DNA of 64,000 nucleotides from Octopus vulgaris (Eukaryota). The DNA is taken from NCBI GenBank assembly GCA_951406725.2, contig OX597814.1, forward strand, positions 12,772,001 through 12,836,000. The letters are read 5' to 3'. The notes under the pieces are model-generated. The model was not told the DNA's origin, did no database searches, and saw nothing but the letters and a program-made list of their open reading frames with translations. Positions 52,760 through 64,000 of the stretch are shown one piece after another (position 1 is the first letter of the stretch; each line of letters opens with the position of its first letter). A program made the position numbers and the translations under genes.

Positions 52760-53130
52760 AGCTCGAGAGAGCCGAAAAATTATATGAACACAAGCCTGAG
52801 GGAGTAGTGTAAAAAGAGCATTACAAAGTGTTTGACGTGCAGTGTGACAAAATCATAGAGGATGAACTACCAGATATCGTATTCATCCATAAAGATGAAA
52901 AAGAATTAAAGATAACAGATATTGCAATACCAGGCGATTCGTGGGTGAAATATGAGGAAAGAGAAAAGAGTGAGAAATACCAGCCTGTTATGGGCCATAA
53001 GGAATGGTGATACCGATGGTAATTAGGAGCTTTTTCTCAGAGTTTTGAATATAAAAGAGTTGCTGTCAGGCTCGAGGTGATCCAGAAGACGGCTTTGTTG
53101 GATACAACTCGTATTCTATTGTCTCTTTGA
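52760..53130 (+). mobile_element. Second, older R4-like endonuclease fragment
   Basis: YEHKPEGVV, VQCDKIIEDELPDIVFIHK..ITDIAIPGD..EREKSEKYQP. Confidence 0.65.
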
Positions 53131-53297
53131 GACATAGGAGAAGGTACAACTTGAAACCTTTAGGGATTTGTTGTTGCCTCTTTTCAAGTAAAGAATAACT
53201 GGTAATTAAGAACTATCCGAGAGGCTTTCAGAATAACAACAGCAACAATAACAACAACAATAACAATAACAACATCAACAACAACAATAATAATAAC

Positions 53298-53392
<95 letters not shown>

Positions 53393-53879
53393 TAATAATA
53401 ATAATGTGGATAAACCGAGGACGTTTAACACAAAGAAAACCGGGGACGATTTAACGTGTGAGAGCGATAAAACACTGCTCCGAAATCTATCCAAAAACAT
53501 CGGAAATTACAACAAGAAATGGAACCTAAAATAACTGACAAATTTTGGACGATATCCAAGTAATACTCATTTATATTAATTTCTATTTTCTAAATGAAAT
53601 GATTTATTTTAACTCTGTGTCATCTCCATCACTCGCATAACATGTGTAAACCGCGATCCACTTTACGATCCAATCAACATCAGACCATTTTCGACCCCAA
53701 CCAGCATACACAAAAAATGAAAATTAAATTAAATAATACCCATATTATTCAACCCAAGGATAACAAAGAGGAAAATGTACTTTAAAGTTGTTACACAAAA
53801 ACTACGAAAAGCTACACGCACAAAAAGATTTAACACAAGAAATGAATGAACCGGTACCCTACGAAAATGATTACCATCA

Positions 53880-54850
53880 AAAATAAAGGGCCGGGCGTTA
53901 TTCCTCATGTCCTCAAAAAGCATAAATGGACACGCGATGAATATATTTCAATCCTACACGCTTATTTCACAGCTGTGCTCTACCCACACAACATATACAC
54001 ATGATATCTGGAAGAGAAATAACCAGGATAAAGATTTGGATACAGCAATGAACCCAAATATACTAACAAACACACGGAGATATATTCTCAAGACAAAACG
54101 AAATTATCAGAAATAGAACACTTAAAAAGAATAATACATCACGAAGACATAGATACTAACCACAGAGCAACAACGAATGTGAAATATGAAGGCGACGTAG
54201 CATGTCCAAGTAAAACGAAGTAAAGAACGAAAGGCAACAAACCCAGACTGTAAGAATCTATAACGAACAAAATGCACAAAGCAGAACACCACAGACAAAA
54301 ATATGAACGGTAGGGAACACTAAACAAATCTAAAACAGTGAGGGTGAAACTAATGATTATGACCCTCTAAAAATGAGCACAATCAAAAATTGAAACCCAC
54401 AGATCTCATTATGGATCACCGATGATACCTCCTAAAAAATAAAATTGATAACAAAGACATCAATAATAACCCGGCCGTTACAGAACTAATAACAATAGAA
54501 ACAGATGTCAATATCATCAGGCTAAATGATATAATATATGCAACAGCCTATGAGGCCAAAAAGGTAGCTGGATACCCACTAAAACCCATCCAAGCTGGAG
54601 TATCACCATCCAAACAAACCTTGAGCATAAATAATATCCAGCAGAAAATAGACAAGAACAGAAAGGATCTGTAAATCCTTAATGAAACTAGTAGAAAATC
54701 AGCACTATTTTGCAACAAAAGAGAAGAAAAATGCTACATAAATATAAAATTACAGGACAAAGCACACCTTTGGTAAAAGAACAGCTAAAGCAAGATATCC
54801 ACGCCAAAACACAGAGAAAAAGAAGAAAAATGTGTTTAACTTTTATACAG
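53880..54850 (+). mobile_element. R4/Dong-like non-LTR element N-terminal remnant
   Basis: HKWTRDEYISILHAYFTA, DIIYATAYEA and IQQKIDKNRKDL motifs, with stops. Confidence 0.55.
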
Positions 54851-55539
54851 CTGGTCAATCCCTTCAATAGAAAGTGATTCTTGGCTTTTAGAAATGGCAA
54901 ACCCAGGTGGTTACTCCAAGGAGGGTAGATGTTATTTTTCAAAAAATTGTCTGGATTTCTGTTAACCATTGTTTTGTAAGTGTGTGTGTGTGTGTGTGTT
55001 CGTGTGTGTGTAGGTGTCTGTGTATCTGAAAAGAGTGTCAATGGAAAAGAGAAAGAAAGAAAGAAGGAAGAGAGAAAGAAGAAAAATGTGTTGACATCTT
55101 TACAGCTGGTCCCTTGGAATGAGAGTGTTTTAGCTTGTCCATATGCAGCTAAACACCTTTTCTCTAAATATTACTAGTTATGAGAATAGATACATTCAAA
55201 TGTGAATAGATACATTCAAATGCGAATAACCGTTATAACATCATTATATTTTCTTAATGCACATGCACAAGTATACATGCTATTGTTTTTTCTCCAGATA
55301 TCGACATAAATATATAAGTAATTATTTATAAACTTAATTCATTTAATAAAATTTTAAATATATATTATCAAAACTCCCATAGATTATATCCAATAGATAC
55401 TTGAATATAATGTGGAATTATATATATACATATTTTCAATTATGCCTATCTTTATTTATATTTTATACATCTATAGTTTTGTTTTTTGTATGATAATTTT
55501 AGCATATACATACACCCCATATATACATACAGGGAAAGA

Positions 55540-57300
55540 GAAAAAATGAAAAAACTTAGATTTGTTTTACATGACTAAAGAATATATTAGAATCATCATA
55601 GTAAAATTATTTTACAATATTATACAAAATAAGATTTTAACTTCCAGCATAATATAATCGGTTTCGCTGATGCTTTTCAAATGTTTGAGTGTTGGATATA
55701 ATTTGGAGTTAGAGCTTTTGTTTGCTAAGGGAGATAATTCGTAACCAAGGTGTTTTTCAGTAGAGGGTAGGTAAATCTGTAAATTTTAATATCGAATTGG
55801 ATTTGATTCTAGCTTATATCAATATTATATTCAATAGATGGGGGTAAATCATTCCTTTTCAATATGGGTTTATATTTATTTCTGGCTTATATTTTTCGAT
55901 AACTGAGACCTCTTTATTTAGTCGCATTTGGTGATGAAGTCCAAATAGCAAATTGATATAATGGGAAAAGTAGGAATTGTGGTTGCACTTGTTCTGAATA
56001 TCTGTCAATGTGTTCACTGATAAATATCTGATGTTTGGGGGGAAGATATATGTTGTTTGTGTACTGTACATCTTCATCTGAGAGACGTTCCTGTAGACAC
56101 TATAGAGTTTTTATGGCAGCCCGAACACCTGATTACATAAATGAGGTTTTCAGAGGCGCAAGTGATTTTGTGATTTTATTTTGAATATTTGCCCTTGTCT
56201 AAAACAGAATTGTTATCCTTCCAAAAGATTGGGACATGTTCCGCAGGTAGAATGCGGTCGTCAGTTAGGACGACCGCATTGTTATATTCTTGCATCTGTT
56301 TATCTTGGGAATAATTTTAATTTTGTGAGGATCTTCTTTAATGTCTTTGGTTGTTTACTGCTTTTAATGATTTCATGAGTACGTAGTATTTCCTTGAAAA
56401 AAAAAGTATATAAACGGATATTTTTTTTCCAAAACCAAAGACGTTAAACAATATATATTATTTAGCTGATGTCACTCGAGATATATCAAATCAAATATCC
56501 GCTTGCAAGAAGAATTTTCACCATAGTGTCCGAAAAAAGTACCAGAGAGCTCAAATTGCAAGACCTTGAAAACGTACTCATGGAGAGACACTACCAAATT
56601 CAACTCATAAATGATGGGATTAAACGTGCACAATCGATTGGCATAAAAACATTAAGCAATTCGAACACAATAACACACCTACTTTGAAAACACTACCTTA
56701 TGTATCCACATGCAACCCCAGAAAGAAAGAAGCATTTCACATCATTCTATAATACTCTATAAGGACCCCAAACTGAGGGAAATTCTACCTTATCAGATGT
56801 GCAGAACAACTACAACCACAATTCCCAATGTTCCAATTATATCATCTTGCTATTTGGACCTCAACAAAGTGCGACTAAATAACCAGGTCTCATTTATCGA
56901 AACACATAAGCCAGAATTGAACATAAACCCATATTGAAAAGTAAAGATTTATCCCATCTATTGAATATAATTCTGATATAAGTCAGAATCAAATACAAAT
57001 CAATATTAACATTTAAAGATTTACCTACCCTGTACTGAAATATACTTTGGTTACCAAATATCCCCTCTAGCAAACATACTTTCTAACTTCAACTTGTATG
57101 AAATTCTCAAACTTTTGAAAGCGTTAGCGAAACCGGTTATATTATGTTGGAAGAAAAAATATTAGTTTGTATAAAATTATATAATACTTTTACTATGATG
57201 ACTCTAATATATTCTTTAGTTATGTAAAACAAATCTTGTGTTTTTTTTTATCTTTTCTATTTCCATTTATATAAAAACACGTGGAATAAACAACAATATT
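55540..57300. mobile_element. Older Penelope-like copy (related to 9241-11487) with inverted arms
   Basis: Minus arm ~55540-56395 (MRLNKEVSVIEKYKPEIN) and plus arm ~56400-57300 (PLARRIFTIVSEK..LMERHY). Degenerate hammerheads at ~55651-55686 and ~57110-57143. Confidence 0.82.
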
Positions 57301-59474
57301 TTCTCATATATATATATATATATCTCATATATATATATATATACCATTCAAATACACACACGCTGACAATATGTACATAGTACACACACACTCATACACT
57401 CACGCATATATGTATATATACATACATATAGACATACATAAAAATTATACGCACCGAAACTTTCTTCTGAGCGTTTGTGTTGAGAATTCAGTGTCCCCTT
57501 CTGTAGCTTTTGTATAACACTGTTTTGCACAAATTGTACAATTATTACACAAATGTGGAAATGTATTCCAAATTATTTTGTATTTTAAAATAGAACGTTT
57601 TTTCATATTTCGGCTTTTCAATCGCTTCGCCAATATAACAGAAATTGATATATTCAAACAATTCGAAAAATCAACCTTATGCTCTGAAATCAGAGTCCAA
57701 CGAGGACACTTTTCCTGTATTTCCTTTCATTCCCTTTAAATATATTATTAGTCATATACTAAAATTGATTCTTCTCATTCCGGGATGAGACGATCCGCCG
57801 TCCCTCTTTGGACATTGGCGACTTTACACGACCGAATCGATAATGGATAACAGTACGTTTTGGCTCTGCAAGCAAGCGTATACACACGCGCGAGAAGAAG
57901 TACGGACTCAATGCGCCTGGGATAGATAGGCATTAACATGTATTAATTGAACACAATTGGCATAAACACATCATCTCTTCACGTACACAAAAAGCGAAAT
58001 ATGCTTCCACATGTAAAGTCAGAGGAAGAGGGAAGGTGAGAAAGGGAGAGAAAATGAGAAACAAGAGAGAAACATTTAAATATCTGATGTCATTTAAGTC
58101 AACGTCGAATGAACGACGTCAGGACATTTCTACTAAAATTCATCGTACTCTCCACTTTCTGCAACTCATTTTGTAGGTCCGTCTGTTTTGCTATTGTTTG
58201 TAATATGCTCTCGTATGAACGAGAGAGCTGTGTGCTCCACGTTGTGTATTAATGCCTACGATACCATGATGTTACTCCTACCAGTCATTAAAGGGCTTGA
58301 AACTAAAAGACAAGGGAAATATCTCTACAGATGGTGCTTTTGAAATATTATATGCAACGCGCCTTAATTTATATGATAAAAATCTCTGACTAAATGAAAA
58401 CATTGTTTGCGATTCACTTTTGCATCATAATCCTGGTATTTAAAATGCTGACCTATATCGTGATGAATTGCATATATTTGAGACTATTCCCTTTTATAGT
58501 GATGTGTCTGCATAAAATATTAAATAAATGTTGCCTTTTATAGTTACGTGAACACAGATATTACGTATTAAGTATTCATAGGCATTAATAAAGCGTTAGT
58601 GATAAAATATTCTGGTATGTTGTTCAATCCTTATAATCATTATGCATAATTATGCGCTGACAGAGGAGCTTTTATGCTATGTTCAACCAGCTAGAAACAG
58701 CAGCCATATTATTTAATAAAGTGTTTCCGTCCGTCTAAAAGAGAAATAGTATATTCGTTTGTGTAGGCATAATTTTACTCTGCGTAAAATACGTTTCGTA
58801 TTATAGCAGCAACGCATTTGCCAATAGATCTGTTCCGATAAGTGAAGTCCCGATGCTAAGCAACATCAATAGAAGCAACAACAGCAAAAACAGGAATGAC
58901 AGTGACCAAAAACATCAACTTGAATATCTTAGGCTTTCACTTATATAATATATATAAGATTTTTTCATTCCTTTCAGAGAATATTAAGGACAATTTATTG
59001 TATTCGTGTCTTTGTGAGTTAATCACTCCATCTGCTTCGTACTCATCTGAAGTGCTATAAAACAGCGCTATATCTATGAATATTTATCAAGTTGTAATAT
59101 ATTTCGCAATAAATACCTGGGGATATTGGAATACGCTGCGTTGGTATATTTAACTTTTTGCTTCACTGCTATACATGATAGTGAAACTCGCCAAATCACA
59201 CATATCTAAATGATAAATAACTTTAAACAAATTAGTAAGGTGAAAGATAGTTCATTAAGCTATTGAATTCTATACAGACAGAAAAAGAAATGCAGAAGTA
59301 ATTTTCTATGGTGATTAATCCGACTGTTTGACTTCATTTTCACCCCAAGATGCTTTCAGACAAAATCTGAACATCTGATAAAAACGATGGTCCATTTCCA
59401 GTATCCCTAGAAAACGTTAATGGTAATTTCAAATCTGTGTTTTTGAGACAGGTAGAAATTATCCTGTCTAAAAC

Positions 59475-59488
59475 ATGATAATAATAAC

Positions 59489-59550
<62 letters not shown>

Positions 59551-59567
59551 TAATAATAAAAATAATA

Positions 59568-59660
<93 letters not shown>
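59475..59660. repeat. (AAT)n microsatellite
   Basis: Direct inspection. Confidence 0.95.
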
Positions 59661-59661
<1 letters not shown>

Positions 59662-59793
59662 ACAAGAATGTAAAAAGCTTTGAGTAATAGTTTGAGTAGA
59701 ATGGAAGAGCTATAATGTATGTTTTAGTACATATTATGTAGCGTATATTGCTTTACATTTTCCGCGAAAGACGACAGATAAAAATTTGAAGTA

Positions 59794-60996
59794 TAGGGTT
59801 GACAAGTAAGTTCCCGCCGTTTTTTTTAATATTGGAATTTATTGCGTTTTTTAAATTTTAGAATCTATTTTCTTTCCAGAATTCTATTTTTGAATCATTT
59901 TGGAATCTATATTGTGATTTTTTTTCTAGTAAATTTTAGTTAATTTTTCTTTATTTTCAGATGATTTAAATGGAATGTCAAGTTAAGAAAACAGAACATT
60001 TTCCACACCTTCTTTTTGTATTTAATAAAGGTTCTAAGGCTGCAAAAGCTGCTCGCGACATTTTTTCTGCGTATGGAGAGGGTGCCACAGTGAAAGAACC
60101 GCTCGTGATTGGTATGCCAAGTTCAAAAACGGAAATTTTTACCTCAAAGACGCACCTAGATTTGGCCGTCCAGTTGTCTTCGATGAAGAGCAATTAAACC
60201 AGCTTTTGCACGAAAATTCTCGTCAAACGACAAGGGAAATGGCAGAGAAAAGGAAATGCTCCTACACTGCTATAGAGCGGCATCTTCACTCGATGTGAAA
60301 GGTTCAGAAGTATGGAGCATGGGTTCCGCATGCTTTAAGTGCCAATGACAAAAATCAACGAGCCACAACCTCCTCTGGTTTGCTTGCTTGACACCGCTCA
60401 ACTAATGTACACATGCAACGATTTTTTTAACAAATCGTTACTAGCGACGAGAAATGGTGCCTGTACATCAACATAAAGCTGTGTAAGGAATGTCCTAACC
60501 CCGGTAAACAAGCGATACCGCACGTGAAACAAGATCTTCATCCGCGTAAAACCACGTTGTGCGTATGGTGGAACTGGGAAGGGATTATATATGAATTGCA
60601 TGAACGGAAACAAACGGTCAGCGCAGAAGTCTATGTTCAACAGATGGAAGAACTCAACAAGACTTTTCATGAGAAAACACCTAATCGTCAGCATGGAGTT
60701 CTGCTGCACGACAATGCCCGCCCTCATATCGCCAATATGACCAAGCAAGCCATTCAAACGCATGGCCGGGTAGTGCTGCCACACCTGCCGTACTCTCCTG
60801 TTTGGTACCAATAGATTTCCACCTCTTTCGATCTCTTTCAAATGCTATGCGCGGAGTTACGTTCAATATTGATGCAGAATTGAGAGCTTGGTTGAATCAA
60901 TTTTTCGAGTCGAAATTGGGTGATTTCTATCAACGAGGTATTGAAAATCTTGTTGAACGTTGGAAAAAAGTCGTAAACTACAAGGGTAAGTATTAA
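59794..60996 (+). mobile_element. Mariner transposon fossil
   Basis: TA followed by a TIR-like gggttgacaagtaagttcccgccgtttt. HTH, WVPHAL, IVTSDEKW, LLHDNARPH, PYSP and GIENLVERWKKVV motifs, with frameshifts and stops. No 3' TIR seen. Confidence 0.9.
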
Positions 60997-61168
60997 ATAT
61001 ACCGATTCGGTAATAACGGAATTTTTTAGAAATTTCTGTCGGCTTGCTTCGAGACGCGTACTTATAGTGATGAATTATATGTTGTTATTAACGATTTAAG
61101 CCTATTTTCGGCATATTTGACATTGGAATTTTTTTCTTTTTCCCTTGATTATAAGTTATATATATATA

Positions 61169-61540
61169 CTAGCAGTATCGCCCGACGTTGCTCGGGTTTG
61201 TAAGGGAAATAACTATAAAGCATTTTTAGAGAGTTATAGCCAAAAAATGGAAAAAAAATTATGGTAAATTTTTTTAGTTAAAAAGGTCGAGTTGCGTCCC
61301 CTAGACAGTCTGTGGTTTGTGTTTCTGATTCTCGACCCCATGTCGAATTTATCGATATTTTTCAGAACTGGGGGAACTTTTCAAAATTTTCGCTGCGTTA
61401 GTTTTGAATTATGACATTGGGCTATGTGTGTGTCAAGTTTCATCAGAATCGGTTGAAAGCCGTGGTCAGGGTGAGGGTACAACCTGACAGACACACAGAA
61501 ACACACACAGACAAACTGCCGTTTATATATAGAGAGAAGA
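61169..61540 (-). mobile_element. Non-autonomous Helitron
   Basis: Near-identical to 23021-23403, with CTAG/TC termini. Confidence 0.82.
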
Positions 61541-61552
61541 TATATATACATA

Positions 61553-61673
61553 CTTTATTGAATAGCAGCAGAAATGCCACAAAAATGTTTCAGGTGCCCG
61601 TTCGTCAAACGAACAGGAACGTGAAACTCTGAGTAACAGTTTTTGTGATATTTCTGCTGCTATTCAATAAAGC
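61553..61673. repeat. Short inverted repeat with two broken hammerhead halves at the centre (PLE terminal remnant)
   Basis: ctttattgaatagcagcagaaat..caaaaa pairs with tttttg..atttctgctgctattcaataaag. Centre: ACGA aca-ggaa-cgt GAAA ctctgag TA acag. Confidence 0.7.
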
Positions 61674-61749
61674 ATATTACTCAACTTCTGGTATTCGAGT
61701 ACTGTTTTTCAACGTTGTTTCGCATTTATCTGCTTACTCCTGTATGTGT

Positions 61750-62632
61750 TCGGATTGTCCTTGCACAGGGGCCATCCGGACTCCCATTTCGGCCATGAAG
61801 AGGGATTAATCGTGTCTCTTCGCTACTTTGCGCCACATGGGCTCAACTCTCGTCCCCTCTTTATCTAACATCCTCTCTACTCCTCTCTCCCTCTCACACC
61901 TACTTTCTCCCACCCACCTCTCCTCTCTTGCTCCGACTCCTACTCTTCTCTTCACTCCTACTCTCCTCTCTTCTCTGCACTCCTACCCACCTTCTCCCTT
62001 CTCCCTCTCCCTTCATCTTCACCCCTCCCTCGTAACACTACCTCACACAATCCAGCCCCACCTTCCCTATCCATCCCATCCAACCCCACCCATTTCCCTT
62101 CCACCCACTCCCACATACCCAACCTCTACCCCTACCCTCAGCCTACCCACATATCACACTTCTACCCCACTCTCAGCCTAACCCACATCCCACCCTTGCT
62201 TTCCACACCACTACACCATGCACCACCATACCACACAACACCACATCACATCACCATGCACACACTAACACTGACCCCTTCCCAGTCCCACATCCACACA
62301 CCTACACATACACACACGCACAAGTCAAGGTCACCAGCCCTCTTCCACGCGCACATACATACTCACCTTCGTTTTGGGCCCACCAATTATCTCCCCTTCT
62401 TCCTAGTCCACCTGTGTGACCCCTCTATTCGGCATTCGCCATGATAGATCGCTAGCCACTATACATTCTTTATTTTCTCTCCTTGTTTCTTTCCTTGTTC
62501 CTTTCTATGGAAGAGCGTTGGCTCGAAACATTAAAGACTTTATCACTTCCCGACCGTTAAACTAATACACCTCTTTGTCGTCTACACTTCCTGTCTTCGC
62601 CTTTTGTTTTTTTTTTTTGTGAATTCTCCCTA
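61750..62632 (+). mobile_element. Penelope-like 3' end and terminal repeat, with a hammerhead-like motif at 62501-62536
   Basis: HEEGLIVSLRYFAPHGLN (PLE endonuclease C-terminus), C-rich 3' UTR, terminal repeat homologous to 49750-49927. Confidence 0.7.
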
Positions 62633-62989
62633 TATATATGTATATATACATACGCACACGCAATAAAACATAAACAAAGATTTCAATGTTCGTTATATAT
62701 ATATATAAGAAAAATAAGGCAAATTAGAAAGTGCTAAAATAATTTCATCGTGAAGTACATTTTAGTACCAGATTCAGTTTTTACGGTTTTCTCAGCTTAG
62801 AGTAAATCATAAAAACAATTAAATTGCGGAAAAATTAAATGAATGAAATGATTTAAAAACATTTTTCATGGTTTTGAAATGCAAGGGACATTTTCCTTTC
62901 TGCCTATCTCTGTCTCTCTTTTTGGACTCTTGTGAGGAGTTGGTGGCAGGTAGCAATTGGTAGTAATCCTGGAGAAGGTCTAACGAATG

Positions 62990-63772
62990 GGACCTTTGTC
63001 TGAACGTGTCAAAGTGCTGTCATCTGCCTGTTGGCTCCTCTCCTGCAACTCAATTTGATTTCGAGCTGGGTCGTCTGCTGCTGGAGAGGACTGACCAGGT
63101 AAAGGACCTGGGTATCTTGGTGGACTCCTCCTTTTCGCCTTCGGCCCAGTGCGTCCGTGCTGCCAACAAATCACGCGGAGTTCTGTTTTTGATTCGACGA
63201 TCATTCGGAATGCTCACAGCAGCCATATTCCTACCGCTCTATGTCACGCTGGTGAGACCCATATTGGAGTACGGGATTCAAGCCTCTTCTCCTTATCTTC
63301 TCAAAAGAGTCCGGAAGGTGGCTACTCGCATGGTTCTTGGCCTCAAGCATTTGTCTTATGAAGAAGGGCTGAAGACGCTCGACCTTTGTTCTCTAGAAAA
63401 ACGACGACGCCGTGGTGATCTCATTCTCGCTCACAACATCATAAGCGGAAAATGTAACCTCTCGAAAGAGCTGTTCTTCACTCCTGCTCCAGAGCGTCGG
63501 CTGCGGGGTCACTACGAAAAACTCTATCTGCGACGATTTCATCTCAATCGAAGGAGAAGAGCTCTCTCCGTCCGGGTTGAGGATCCGTGGAATAAGCTGC
63601 CGGACGAGATAGTGAAGATGCCGACGACCCCTCGGTTGAAAGTCTCTCTTGAACAGAAATGGCCTGAACTCTTTGCATGAACACCTTCCCCGTTCATAAC
63701 TCCATGTCCCCCTACATGGCCTTGCTTTTTGCTTTTTGAGCCAAATAATTAACTCAATTAACTTAAACTTAA
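62990..63772 (+). mobile_element. CR1-like LINE 3' fragment (RT C-terminus and 3' UTR)
   Basis: VKDLGILVDSSF, LYVTLVRPILEYG, LSYEEGLKTLDLCSLEKRRRRGDLI, RLRGH and WNKLP motifs, ending in a short aattaact-type tail. Confidence 0.9.
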
Positions 63773-64000
63773 TATTTGATATGAGTTCTTGGATTTGATT
63801 GTTTAAGCAGCAGTGATAGTTGAGAAAGGAGGTGGTGACGAAGAAGAAGAAGAAGAAGAGAAAGAACAATAAAAATGCGGGTGTGTTATGACAGTAGTAC
63901 GATGTTGGTGGAATCCTCTTCAATGGTCAAGTGAACTAAATGTTACCTGTTGTGGTTGTAATAGTAGTGAATCAATTCATGGGTAGTAACTGTTCTGATT

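Noticed and set aside
57700-58300. CpG-richer unique sequence that might be a promoter or first exon
   Set aside because: No ORF, motif or associated gene can be supported from sequence alone.

Overview
AT-rich, microsatellite-dense eukaryotic DNA made mostly of transposable elements. The SINE and repeat content looks like an octopus/coleoid cephalopod genome, which is an inference. The only clear host-gene sequence is the terminal exon of an i-type (destabilase-like) lysozyme (5756-5952). The rest is tRNA-derived SINEs, non-autonomous Helitrons, mariner/Tc1 fossils, RTE, R4-like, CR1 and L1/Tx1 LINE fragments, and many Penelope-like elements (PLEs), several with inverted arms. Three things stand out. 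(1) A head-to-tail array of three gag/ORF1-only retroelements (25383-30419, minus strand) has no reverse transcriptase and shares its 3' tail with the local SINE family. (2) The 5' ~410 bp of the third unit carries about 57 strand-specific A-to-G changes (manual count). This looks like an ADAR hyper-edited RNA that was reverse-transcribed and fixed in the genome. (3) The PLE ends carry minimal type-I hammerhead ribozyme motifs: one canonical core and several variant cores (U3-A8 covariation, A6U, U4C). Most ORFs in the supplied track are microsatellite or antisense artefacts.
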